Part shown: one piece after another, positions 31,410 through 40,271 of the stretch
Layout: every line of letters starts with the position of its first letter
How positions within the stretch are numbered: position 1 is the first letter of the stretch
Virus record (IMG/VR): IMGVR_UViG_3300035703_000060
Span: 10,524-74,523 of that record
Reading direction: 5' to 3' (one strand)
DNA: 64,000 bases
DNA from: a virus
Notes under the pieces: generated by a model
Databases searched by the model: none
The model's input: the letters and a program-made list of their open reading frames with translations, nothing else
Told to the model about the DNA's origin: nothing
Translations under genes and position numbers: made by a program

Positions 31410-31685
31410 ATGTCAGCACGAATTAAAATTCTTGGAGCAGAAGCAGCACTTCCAACTACAACTGGAACAGCAACTAGTTTCAGTTCAGCAACAGTCGTCC
31501 GTTTAGTTAATACTGCAACTAGTGCAGATTATCTGGTTACGGTTGTTGAAACACAGGGTGGCAGTGTTATTGGATCATTCACACTAATGAGGTCTCAATC
31601 AGAATTGTTAGAAAAATTACCATCACATTGCGTTTATGCTGCAAACGCTGCTGTTTTGGGAGCAAAAGTAGGATTTACAAACTAA
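31410..31685 (+). CDS. Small hypothetical virion-associated protein
   Basis: RBS AAAGGA; 91 aa, beta-rich; in the head operon. Confidence 0.7.
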   Translation: MSARIKILGAEAALPTTTGTATSFSSATVVRLVNTATSADYLVTVVETQGGSVIGSFTLMRSQSELLEKLPSHCVYAANAAVLGAKVGFTN

Positions 31686-31689
31686 GAAA

Positions 31690-32340
31690 ATGAAACTCAT
31701 CACAGAAGAAGTATCACAAGTAAAATTTATCACCGAAGGAAAAGGTTCTCAGAAAAAACTGTATATTGAAGGAGTTTTTCTTCAAGGTGATATTTGTAAT
31801 CGCAATGGAAGAATGTATCCAATGGAGACACTCTCCCGCGAGGTAAAAAGATATACAGAATCTTTTATTAACAAGGGTCGTGCTCTTGGAGAACTTGGAC
31901 ACCCAGATGGTCCAACAGTAAACCTTGATCGAGTTTCTCATAAAATTGTTTCTCTTACTCAAGAGGGATCTAATTTTAGAGGTAAAGCACAACTTCTCGA
32001 AACTCCAATGGGCAAGATTGCAAAATCTCTTATTGATGAAGGAGTTTGTCTTGGTGTTTCTTCTCGTGGTGTTGGTTCACTCAAAATGACCAATGAAGGT
32101 CACAAAATTGTTGGTGAAGATTTCATGCTTGCTACTGCAGCTGATATCGTTGCCGATCCTTCTGCTCCTGATGCTTTTGTTCAGGGAATTATGGAAGGTA
32201 AAGAGTGGGTATGGGAAGGCGGAATTCTTCGTGAGCAACTTGCAGAATCTACAAAACGTAGAATTAATACTTTAGTTGATGAAAGAATACTTCAAGAATA
32301 TAAAGTTGAGTTGTTCCAAGAGTTTCTCTCAAATCTTTAA
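31690..32340 (+). CDS. gp21: Prohead protease gp21
   Basis: 'MKLITE', 'NRNGRMYP', 'ALGELGHP', 'GVSSRGVGS', 'DIVADPSAPDA'. Confidence 0.97.
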   Translation: MKLITEEVSQVKFITEGKGSQKKLYIEGVFLQGDICNRNGRMYPMETLSREVKRYTESFINKGRALGELGHPDGPTVNLDRVSHKIVSLTQEGSNFRGKAQLLETPMGKIAKSLIDEGVCLGVSSRGVGSLKMTNEGHKIVGEDFMLATAADIVADPSAPDAFVQGIMEGKEWVWEGGILREQLAESTKRRINTLVDERILQEYKVELFQEFLSNL

Positions 32341-32342
32341 AT

Positions 32343-32350
32343 TATAAATA
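32343..32350 (+). promoter_or_regulatory. Late promoter TATAAATA (gp22-gp23)
   Basis: Exact consensus in the gp21-gp22 intergenic region. Confidence 0.85.
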
Positions 32351-32382
32351 AATATAGATTAAATACAAAGATCTAAAAACAA

Positions 32383-33507
32383 ATGTCCGTTGGTAGAAAT
32401 TTACAAGAAATGGAAAACGTAGTAACCAAAGGTGCTGCACCTGCCGAACCAATGCACAACACCTCACAGAATGCATCTGGAGTTGCTACTCCAGGTCAAA
32501 CTGGTGCTTGGGAAGATTTAGGTGGACCTACTCCAGAAAATTATCGTCCAGATGATGATTCTGCAAAACTCAAGGATCCATCAGCGACTCTTGCCCAAGT
32601 AAGAGATGTTGTAAATGCTAAGGCAGCAGCAGTTAAAGAAGAAGTTGTTGACGAAGAGGAAGACGTAATTTCTGAAGAGGAAGAAGTTGAAGAAGAAGAC
32701 TTAGAGGCAGAAATAGAAGAAGAAGAAGCAGCAGAAGAAAGCGAAGAAGAAGTAGTTGCAGAAGAAGAGTTTGATATCGAAGAAGATGTCAATGCTCTCC
32801 TCGCTGGTGAAGAGCTTTCCGAGGAATTCCAAGAGAAAGCACGCACCATCTTCGAAGCTGCTATCCGTTCAAAAGTTTCTGAAATCAAAGAAGAACTTCA
32901 AGAGACTTATGAAAATGCACTTATTGAAGAAGTTCAGTTCATTAAAGAAGAATTAACTGAGCGTTTAGACGCTTATCTTGAGTACGTTGCCGATGAGTGG
33001 ATTCAAGAGAATGCACTCGCCATCGAGCACGGTCTCAAGACTGAGATGACCGAATCATTCCTTCAAGGAATGAGAGGTCTTTTTGAAGATCATTATGTTT
33101 CAATCCCTGAAGATAGATATGATGTAATCGAGAGCATGGTAGATAAACTTGATGAAATGGAAGAAAAACTCAACGAGCAAATCGAAAGAAACGTTGCTCT
33201 GAACAGAAGATTAGCCGAGTCGGTTGCCGATGTAATCTTTGCAGATGTCGCTGAGGGTCTCGCACTTTCTCAGAAGGACAAACTCGCTTCTCTTGCAGAA
33301 AATGTTGAGTTTGATGGTGAAGAGAACTATCGTGAGAAACTGGTAACTCTGAGGGAATCATATTTCCCAACCAGAAGTGCTGGTACTCAAAGAGATGACT
33401 CTGAAACTTTATCTGAGTCTGTTTCCTATGATACAAATTTAACTGAATCTGTATCACCTTCTATGGAAGCATATCTTCAGACTCTTAGCAGAGTCGCTAA
33501 AAAGTGA
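32383..33507 (+). CDS. gp22: Prohead core scaffold protein gp22
   Basis: Very acidic coiled coil; 'LSEEFQEKARTIFEAA', 'YLEYVADEW'. Confidence 0.93.
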   Translation: MSVGRNLQEMENVVTKGAAPAEPMHNTSQNASGVATPGQTGAWEDLGGPTPENYRPDDDSAKLKDPSATLAQVRDVVNAKAAAVKEEVVDEEEDVISEEEEVEEEDLEAEIEEEEAAEESEEEVVAEEEFDIEEDVNALLAGEELSEEFQEKARTIFEAAIRSKVSEIKEELQETYENALIEEVQFIKEELTERLDAYLEYVADEWIQENALAIEHGLKTEMTESFLQGMRGLFEDHYVSIPEDRYDVIESMVDKLDEMEEKLNEQIERNVALNRRLAESVADVIFADVAEGLALSQKDKLASLAENVEFDGEENYREKLVTLRESYFPTRSAGTQRDDSETLSESVSYDTNLTESVSPSMEAYLQTLSRVAKK

Positions 33508-33557
33508 TTTTTAAATTATAACGATCAAACTAAATTTTTTTAAAAGAGGTAAAACAA

Positions 33558-34967
33558 ATGCAAATGTTCAACGCAGAATATTTGCAGGAGAAGTGGGCAC
33601 CTATCCTGGACTACTCAGGACTCGATGAAATCAAAGATTCACATCGTAGAGCTGTAACCGCTATCCTGCTCGAAAACCAAGAAAAGGAACTTCGTGAAGC
33701 ACGCGAATTCCTTTATGAAGCTCCAACCAACTTCACTGCATCTGGTGCAAGTGGTGCTGGTTTTGGTGGTAGTGCTCAAGGTTTTAGTGCTGGTCCTACC
33801 GCAGGTTTCGACCCTGTTCTGATCAGCCTCATTCGCCGTTCAATGCCCAACCTGATCGCTTATGATCTGTGCGGCGTTCAACCAATGAATGGTCCTACTG
33901 GACTCATCTTCGCAATGCGTTCCCGCTACAATAACCAAAGCGGAACTGAAGCATTCTTCAACGAAGTAGATTCTGCATTCTCTGGTCAAGATTCTGGATT
34001 TAATGTTACTAGTGGATTCACCGCTGGTAGCGTTGGTATGGGTACTACCACACAGCAAGGTACTAATCCTGGTATCCTTGATGGTACTGCTCCACAAACT
34101 GGTGACGCAACTACCTACAACGTAGGTCAGGGTATGCGTACAGACTCTGCAGAAGACCTTGGACAAGGTTCTGGTGATCACTTCAACCAGATGGCATTCT
34201 CAATCGAGAAGGTCACTGTAACTGCAAAGTCACGCGCACTGAAGGCTGAGTATTCATTAGAACTCGCTCAAGACCTCAAGGCAATTCATGGTCTGAATGC
34301 AGAAGCTGAGTTGGCAAACATTCTGTCAACTGAGATTCTTGCTGAAATCAACCGTGAAATCATTCGTACCATCTACAACGTCGCTAAGCCTGGTGCTCAA
34401 GCAAACGTTGCAACCTCTGGTACTTTTGACCTTGACGTTGATTCAAACGGTCGTTGGTCTGTTGAGAAGTTCAAGGGTCTTATCTTCCAAATCGAGCGCG
34501 ACGCTAACGCGATTGCACAAACAACTCGTAGAGGAAAGGGTAACATGATCCTCTGCTCTGCTGACGTTGCTTCGGCACTCACCATGGCAGGTGTTCTTGA
34601 CTACACCCCAGCACTCAACGCTAACCTGAACGTTGATGACACTGGTAACACCTTCGCAGGTGTTCTCCAAGGTAAGTATCGCGTATATATCGATCCTTAT
34701 GCTGCTAACGTATCTGCTAACCAGTTCTACGTTGTAGGTTATAAGGGTTCTTCACCTTATGATGCAGGTCTCTTCTACTGCCCATATGTTCCTCTCCAAA
34801 TGGTTCGTGCCGTTGGTGAGAACACCTTCCAGCCCAAGATTGGCTTTAAGACCCGTTACGGTCTTGTTGCCAACCCATTTGCTGAAGGTGCAACTGTTGG
34901 TCAAGGTGCTCTTAACCGTAACGCTAACGCTTACTACAGAAGAGTCAAAGTGACCAATTTAATGTGA
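33558..34967 (+). CDS. gp23: Major capsid protein gp23
   Basis: 'CGVQPMNGPTGLIFAMR', 'SRALKAEYSLELAQDLKAIHGL', 'FQPKIGFKTRYG'; likely maturation site FLYE|A. Confidence 0.99.
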   Translation: MQMFNAEYLQEKWAPILDYSGLDEIKDSHRRAVTAILLENQEKELREAREFLYEAPTNFTASGASGAGFGGSAQGFSAGPTAGFDPVLISLIRRSMPNLIAYDLCGVQPMNGPTGLIFAMRSRYNNQSGTEAFFNEVDSAFSGQDSGFNVTSGFTAGSVGMGTTTQQGTNPGILDGTAPQTGDATTYNVGQGMRTDSAEDLGQGSGDHFNQMAFSIEKVTVTAKSRALKAEYSLELAQDLKAIHGLNAEAELANILSTEILAEINREIIRTIYNVAKPGAQANVATSGTFDLDVDSNGRWSVEKFKGLIFQIERDANAIAQTTRRGKGNMILCSADVASALTMAGVLDYTPALNANLNVDDTGNTFAGVLQGKYRVYIDPYAANVSANQFYVVGYKGSSPYDAGLFYCPYVPLQMVRAVGENTFQPKIGFKTRYGLVANPFAEGATVGQGALNRNANAYYRRVKVTNLM

Positions 34968-34987
34968 TTTCGATTCACATATCTACC

Positions 34988-35015
34988 AGACCTCCCGAAA
35001 GGGGGGTCTTTTTTT
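34988..35015 (+). terminator. Rho-independent terminator after gp23
   Basis: AGACCTCCC-GAAA-GGGGGGTCT followed by a T-run. Confidence 0.9.
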
Positions 35016-35016
35016 A

Positions 35017-35024
35017 TCTAAATA
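35017..35024 (+). promoter_or_regulatory. Late promoter variant TCTAAATA
   Basis: Immediately after the gp23 terminator and upstream of the 35037 ORF and gp3. Confidence 0.6.
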
Positions 35025-35036
35025 AAAATAAAAAGA

Positions 35037-35450
35037 ATGAAGACTTTTAAGCAGTTTATATCTGAAGCATTACCATTTGGTGCTGTAGTATCAACTAGTT
35101 CTTATGGTCCAGGATTATATGGAAATCCTACTGCATCTGGTGCAAAATTAACTCCATCAACTAGAGGGGTTGCACATAAAACTTTACCTCTTGGAAGTCA
35201 GGTAAGAATTACAGATCCCAAAACAAAAAGATCAATAACTGCTCCAGTCGTTGATAGAGGACCTTATCATGGAAATCGCCAATACGACTTAACTACAAAA
35301 ACAACACAAGATCTTGGATATAAAGACTATAAACAATTTGGTGTTAGAGATCTTGACGTAACACCTATAAAACCAAAACCAAAAGTTCCAGATTTGGGTG
35401 TAAAGGTTGATATGAGTGTTCCAAAAATTGTTCCAACTAAGAAAAGATAA
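35037..35450 (+). CDS. RlpA-like double-psi beta-barrel lytic transglycosylase with an N-terminal capsid targeting sequence
   Basis: 'SSYGPGLYGNPTASG', 'VAHKTLPLGSQVRIT', 'VVDRGPYHGNRQYDLT'; leader MKTFKQFISE. Confidence 0.85.
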   Translation: MKTFKQFISEALPFGAVVSTSSYGPGLYGNPTASGAKLTPSTRGVAHKTLPLGSQVRITDPKTKRSITAPVVDRGPYHGNRQYDLTTKTTQDLGYKDYKQFGVRDLDVTPIKPKPKVPDLGVKVDMSVPKIVPTKKR

Positions 35451-35995
35451 TGGCAACTTCACCATTCAATAAACAATTACAAAATAGAAACTTTCTATCC
35501 CCAGTAGGATTTGAATTTTCTTTGGCAAAGTATCCAAAAGTTTCCTTTTTTTGTAACTCTGCAAAAATTCCACAAATATCATTGCAAACTGAAATTCAAT
35601 CCACTTATTTAAAGCAAATTGACATTCCTGGTGACCAATTAACATATTCCGATTTAACATTAAGATTTTTAGTTGATGAAGATTTAGTTAATTATAAAAC
35701 TGTGCATAACTGGTTAACTTCTCTTGGATTTCCAGAAACAGCAGATCAATATGCAAGTCAATTGAATGAAAATGGAATTAGAGACCCTTTAAATTTTTTC
35801 AGTGATGGTACTTTGATTATTTTAAATAGCAATTATAATCCAAAAGCACAAGTAAAATTTAAAGACCTTTTTCCAGTTTCTTTAACTTCTTTAGATTTTG
35901 ATTCTACAGCAACAGACATACAATACTTTACGGCAGAGGTATCTTTCAAGTATACTGTCTATAATATCCTTAACATGCAAAATAAACCATTATGA
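35450..35995 (+). CDS. gp3: Tail completion / sheath stabilizer gp3
   Basis: 'NRNFLSPVGF.F', 'IPGDQLTYSDLTLRFLVDEDLVNY', 'FKDLFPVSLTSLDFD'. Confidence 0.9.
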   Translation: MATSPFNKQLQNRNFLSPVGFEFSLAKYPKVSFFCNSAKIPQISLQTEIQSTYLKQIDIPGDQLTYSDLTLRFLVDEDLVNYKTVHNWLTSLGFPETADQYASQLNENGIRDPLNFFSDGTLIILNSNYNPKAQVKFKDLFPVSLTSLDFDSTATDIQYFTAEVSFKYTVYNILNMQNKPL

Positions 35996-36423
35996 ATCTT
36001 GACGAAATACAGGACATGTGGCAGAGAGATTCTGTCATCGATCCTGATAATTTACATGATGAATCCTTAAAAATTCCTCAACTACATTCAAAATATTATA
36101 CAGTTTATAATACAATTACTCTTCTTCGTGAAAAAGCAAGAGAAACTCATAATAGAGTTAAGTTAGAACGATACAACTACTACACAGGAAAGGCACCAGC
36201 AGAGGTTTACGTAAAAGAACCTTTCCCATATAAAGTCAGAGAAAAAGACGCCTTACAGAGGCATATGGACGCAGATGAGAAACTTTCAAAAATTGAAATG
36301 AAGATTCGATATTATGATATTATGCTTAAGTTTCTTGAGGAAGTGATTAAGATGATTTCTAATCGTAATTATTCCATCAAGAACGCAATAGATTGGAACC
36401 GCTTCCAGGCAGGGTTTAATTGA
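35992..36423 (+). CDS. uvsY: Recombination mediator UvsY
   Basis: 'ESLKIPQLHSKY', 'RNYSIKNAIDW'; synteny with uvsW. Confidence 0.9.
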   Translation: MNLDEIQDMWQRDSVIDPDNLHDESLKIPQLHSKYYTVYNTITLLREKARETHNRVKLERYNYYTGKAPAEVYVKEPFPYKVREKDALQRHMDADEKLSKIEMKIRYYDIMLKFLEEVIKMISNRNYSIKNAIDWNRFQAGFN

Positions 36424-36426
36424 GAC

Positions 36427-36434
36427 AATAAATA
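36427..36434 (+). promoter_or_regulatory. Late promoter variant AATAAATA (uvsW)
   Basis: 7/8 match to consensus, intergenic. Confidence 0.55.
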
Positions 36435-36457
36435 CTCGTAAGTAATATTATGAGTAT

Positions 36458-37921
36458 ATGTCTCATTTGATTATATCAAAAAAGAATGAAGTATATCTTC
36501 AAGTAAAAGCAGAACCTCACATTTACTACGAACTGGCAGATCAGTTCACGTTTGAGGTTCCAAATGCTAAATTCAGTCCTCAGTTTCGCAACAAATATTG
36601 GGACGGAAAAATTCGTTTGTTCAATACCCAAACTGGTGAAATCTATGTTGGATTATTGGACAAACTTATAAGATTTTGTGAAAATCATGAATATACTTAT
36701 GAATTTGTTGATAATAAATTTTATGGTCTTCCTTTTGAGGTAAACAAAAATATCTCAAAAGAAGGTGTAAAGGATTATATGAATTCTATCTGCAAGTATG
36801 CTCCCCGCGAGTATCAAGTTGAGGGAGTATACGACGCTTTAAGACATAATAGAAAGTTGTTGATATCTCCAACTGCTTCTGGAAAGTCTTTGATGATATA
36901 CTCGATTGTGAGATATTACGTTGAGAGAGGACAAAATACTCTGATAGTCGTGCCGACGACATCCCTTGTAGAGCAGATGTATAAAGATTTTGCAGATTAT
37001 GGATGGGATGTGGGTTCATTTTGCCACAAGATATACGCGGGAAAGGAAAGAGAAACAGACTCTCAGGTGATTATCACTACCTGGCAGTCCATCTACAAAC
37101 TTCCCCGACAATATTTCTCAAGATTTAATGTGGTCGTTGGAGATGAAGCACACCAGTTTAAATCAAAGTCATTAGTATCTATAATGACAAAACTTTCTGA
37201 TGCAAAATATCGTTTTGGATTTACTGGTACATTAGATGGATCACAAACTCATAAATGGGTTTTAGAAGGTTTATTTGGTCCTTCTTATAAGATTATCCGT
37301 ACAGATGAATTGATGCAAAAGGGTCATGTTGCAAAACTTGATATTAATATTCTTTTATTAAAGCATCCACCAAATAGATTTGAAACCTTTGAAGATGAAG
37401 TTCAATATATCATTAATCACGAAAAACGAAATAAGTTTATTCGCAATCTTGCTTTAGATCTTAAAGGTAATACACTTATTCTTTTTTCAAGAGTTGAAGG
37501 ACATGGGCAACCTTTGTACGATCTCATAAATAATAGCAAATCTGATCATCGTCATGTTTTTTTCGTTCATGGAGGCGTGGATACTGAAGATAGAGAACAG
37601 GTTAGAGAAATTACTGAAAAAGAAAATGATGCAATCATTGTGGCATCATATGGAACGTTTAGTACAGGAATTAACATTAAGAATTTACATAATGTTATTT
37701 TTGCATCACCTTCAAAGTCTAGAATCCGTAATCTACAATCAATCGGAAGAGTACTCCGAAAAGGTAACAATAAAGTAAAAGCAACTTTATATGATATTGC
37801 CGATGATATCAGTTATAAGTCAAGAAAAAATTATACACTTAATCATTTAATGGAAAGAATAAAAGTTTATAATGAAGAAAATTTCAATTATGATATTGTA
37901 AACATACCAATTAAAAACTAA
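36458..37921 (+). CDS. uvsW: SF2 helicase UvsW
   Basis: 'SPTASGKS', 'GDEAH', 'QSIGRVLR', 'WDGKIRLF'. Confidence 0.97.
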   Translation: MSHLIISKKNEVYLQVKAEPHIYYELADQFTFEVPNAKFSPQFRNKYWDGKIRLFNTQTGEIYVGLLDKLIRFCENHEYTYEFVDNKFYGLPFEVNKNISKEGVKDYMNSICKYAPREYQVEGVYDALRHNRKLLISPTASGKSLMIYSIVRYYVERGQNTLIVVPTTSLVEQMYKDFADYGWDVGSFCHKIYAGKERETDSQVIITTWQSIYKLPRQYFSRFNVVVGDEAHQFKSKSLVSIMTKLSDAKYRFGFTGTLDGSQTHKWVLEGLFGPSYKIIRTDELMQKGHVAKLDINILLLKHPPNRFETFEDEVQYIINHEKRNKFIRNLALDLKGNTLILFSRVEGHGQPLYDLINNSKSDHRHVFFVHGGVDTEDREQVREITEKENDAIIVASYGTFSTGINIKNLHNVIFASPSKSRIRNLQSIGRVLRKGNNKVKATLYDIADDISYKSRKNYTLNHLMERIKVYNEENFNYDIVNIPIKN

Positions 37922-38328
37922 TGGGAGATGAATTCTACGCAATTATAAAATTAGTATCTGGTGAGGAGATCATGTCTCTTGTAATGGTCGATGAGAATGA
38001 TGGTGATCCTGTTGTAGTTCTTCAAAATCCAATTACAATGAAAATGATTACAAGTTCTCAAGGATCTTTTGTTAAAGTAAAGTCGTGGATAGAAATGTCT
38101 GATGATGATTTCTTTATTATAAAATTAGATAAGATTATTACTATGACTGAAACTAAAGATAAAAGAATGATCAATCTTTATAACAACTACATTGAAGATG
38201 ATTCTACCGTTGAATCTTATGAACCTGGAGGTCATGTTAGACCTTCTTCTAAGATGGGATATCTATCTTCTGTCGAAGATGCTCGTAAGAAACTCGAAAG
38301 AATCTTTAAGGGTATTAAAGAAAGCTAA
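37921..38328 (+). CDS. Conserved hypothetical protein (possibly Sm-like fold)
   Basis: 'YAIIKLVSGEEI'; typical position between uvsW and gp55. Confidence 0.7.
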   Translation: MGDEFYAIIKLVSGEEIMSLVMVDENDGDPVVVLQNPITMKMITSSQGSFVKVKSWIEMSDDDFFIIKLDKIITMTETKDKRMINLYNNYIEDDSTVESYEPGGHVRPSSKMGYLSSVEDARKKLERIFKGIKES

Positions 38329-38355
38329 ACTCTCATCTTCAACCGGGACAAAGGT

Positions 38356-38384
38356 AGTCTACATGGTTTTAGGTCTTATGTCAA
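38356..38384 (-). promoter_or_regulatory. Putative antisense sigma70-type promoter
   Basis: Minus strand reads TTGACA-17 nt-TAGACT. Confidence 0.5.
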
Positions 38385-38398
38385 GCCCTTCAGTTATG

Positions 38399-38407
38399 TG
38401 CTATAAT
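38399..38407 (+). promoter_or_regulatory. Extended -10 promoter (TGcTATAAT) for gp55
   Basis: TGn-TATAAT about 40 nt upstream of the gp55 ATG. Confidence 0.65.
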
Positions 38408-38444
38408 GGTTATAACATTTTAAAACTTAATAGAATTTATTATT

Positions 38445-38969
38445 ATGCCAAGAGGAAAGGGTAAATCCGAACATTATGTTAACAACAAAGAATTTTTAGA
38501 AGCTTTGGTTGTTTATCGGAAAAAAGTAGAACAAGACTTTATGAGTAGGAACAGTAGAAGTCCTACTCAAGAAGATAGGGGAAAGCGTTGGGAAGGTAAA
38601 CCTCCAATTCCAAATTATATTGGAGAATGTTTTTTAAAGATTGCCACACATCTTTCTTATAAACCAAACTTTGTTAACTACATGTTTCGTGAAGATATGA
38701 TTTCTGATGGAATAGAAAATTGTGTTCAGTACATTCACAATTTTGATCCAGAGAAATCAAGTAATCCTTTCTCATACTTTACTCAAATTATTCACTACGC
38801 TTTTATACGAAGAATTACAAAGGAAAAGCGTCAGTTAGAAATTAAAACTAAAATTATTGAGAAGACTGGTTTTGATGAGGTTATGACAATTGATGATGGG
38901 TTGCTTTCTGGGAGCAATTCGGATTATAATACAATGAAGGACAACATCCAATATCGTAGTAACAGATGA
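38445..38969 (+). CDS. gp55: Late-transcription sigma factor gp55
   Basis: 'HYVNNKEFL', 'IGECFLKIATHLSYKPNF', 'NPFSYFTQIIHYAF'. Confidence 0.96.
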   Translation: MPRGKGKSEHYVNNKEFLEALVVYRKKVEQDFMSRNSRSPTQEDRGKRWEGKPPIPNYIGECFLKIATHLSYKPNFVNYMFREDMISDGIENCVQYIHNFDPEKSSNPFSYFTQIIHYAFIRRITKEKRQLEIKTKIIEKTGFDEVMTIDDGLLSGSNSDYNTMKDNIQYRSNR

Positions 38970-40000
38970 AGGTAGCAATTATCACAGATACTCATTATGG
39001 GTGTAAAAAGGGTTCTAAGTATATTCATGATTACTTTGAACTGTTTTATAAAAACGTATTCTTTCCTACCCTTGAAGAGCACGGAGTAGAAGCAGTTATT
39101 CATATGGGAGATGCTTTTGATAGTCGCAAGTCAATTGACTATCAAAGTCTTGAGTGGTCAAAACGAGTTGTATTTGACCCTCTCAAAAAATATGATGTTC
39201 ATATGATCATTGGTAATCACGATACTTATTACAAAAATACAAATACTGTAAATTCTCCTGAACTTTTATTGCAAACGTATTCTAATATTAAGACTTATAG
39301 TGATCCAACAGAAGTTAATATTGGTGGTCTAAAGATTTTATTTTTACCTTGGATTAATCAAGAAAATGAAGAAAAAACTCTCAAACTTATTCAAAAGACA
39401 ACTAGCAAGGTTGCGATGGGGCACCTTGAGTGTCAAGGATTTAGAGTTAATCGACAACTCATCATGGAGCATGGTCTTCAGAGCGAATTATTTGAGAAGT
39501 TCGATAGGGTCTACTCGGGACACTATCACACTAGATCGAATAATGGGATAATTTTTTATCTAGGAAATCCTTATGAAATGTATTGGACGGATGTAAATGA
39601 TACTAGAGGATTTCACATCTTTGATACTGAAACCTTAGAACATACTCCAATTAATAATCCTTATAAATTATTTTATAATATTTACTATGAGGATACTCCT
39701 TACCAAATGTTTGATGCGACAGAGTATCAAAATAAAATTGTTAAAGTGATTGTTCGTAAAAAATCTAAACCAAAAGATTTTGAAAAGTTTATTGATAAAC
39801 TTTATAGTATTGGAGTTCAAGAATTAAAAATTATTGAAAATTTTGAAATTCAAGAAAGTGAAGACTTTAAAGTCGATGAAGATGAGAATACACTATCAAT
39901 TTTAAATCGTTACATTGATGATTCTGAATTTGATTTTGATAAATCTGTTATAAAAAATATTCTTCAAGATCTTTACCAACAAGCATCGCAGGTAGAGTAA
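38966..40000 (+). CDS. gp47: Recombination endonuclease gp47 (Mre11/SbcD-like)
   Basis: 'ITDTHYG', 'HMGDAFD', 'GNHD', 'SGHYH'. Confidence 0.96.
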   Translation: MKVAIITDTHYGCKKGSKYIHDYFELFYKNVFFPTLEEHGVEAVIHMGDAFDSRKSIDYQSLEWSKRVVFDPLKKYDVHMIIGNHDTYYKNTNTVNSPELLLQTYSNIKTYSDPTEVNIGGLKILFLPWINQENEEKTLKLIQKTTSKVAMGHLECQGFRVNRQLIMEHGLQSELFEKFDRVYSGHYHTRSNNGIIFYLGNPYEMYWTDVNDTRGFHIFDTETLEHTPINNPYKLFYNIYYEDTPYQMFDATEYQNKIVKVIVRKKSKPKDFEKFIDKLYSIGVQELKIIENFEIQESEDFKVDEDENTLSILNRYIDDSEFDFDKSVIKNILQDLYQQASQVE

Positions 40001-40001
40001 A

Positions 40002-40271
40002 ATGTTTCTTCTCACTCTCAAAGACAAAAAAAATGATGGTGCATATGCTGTTCAAGATCAGTATGGGCACAAAGTTTTATTTCTTTTTGAGGAGGAAGAT
40101 GATGCGACAAGGTATGCTATGATGCTTGAAGATCAAGAAGATCATGAAATGGATGTTGTCGAAGTTGATGCTGAACTCGCAATAAAAACTTGTAAATTAT
40201 ATAATTACAAATACTCTATAATTACTCCAAATGATATTGTAATTCCTCCAAAAAATGTTGTTATTTCATAA
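40002..40271 (+). CDS. Conserved hypothetical protein
   Basis: 'VLFLFEEEDDATRYAMMLE'; between gp47 and gp46. Confidence 0.7.
   Translation: MFLLTLKDKKNDGAYAVQDQYGHKVLFLFEEEDDATRYAMMLEDQEDHEMDVVEVDAELAIKTCKLYNYKYSIITPNDIVIPPKNVVIS

Noticed and set aside
32630-32790. GAA-rich low-complexity tract as a repeat element
   Set aside because: It encodes the ordinary poly-Glu region of scaffold protein gp22.
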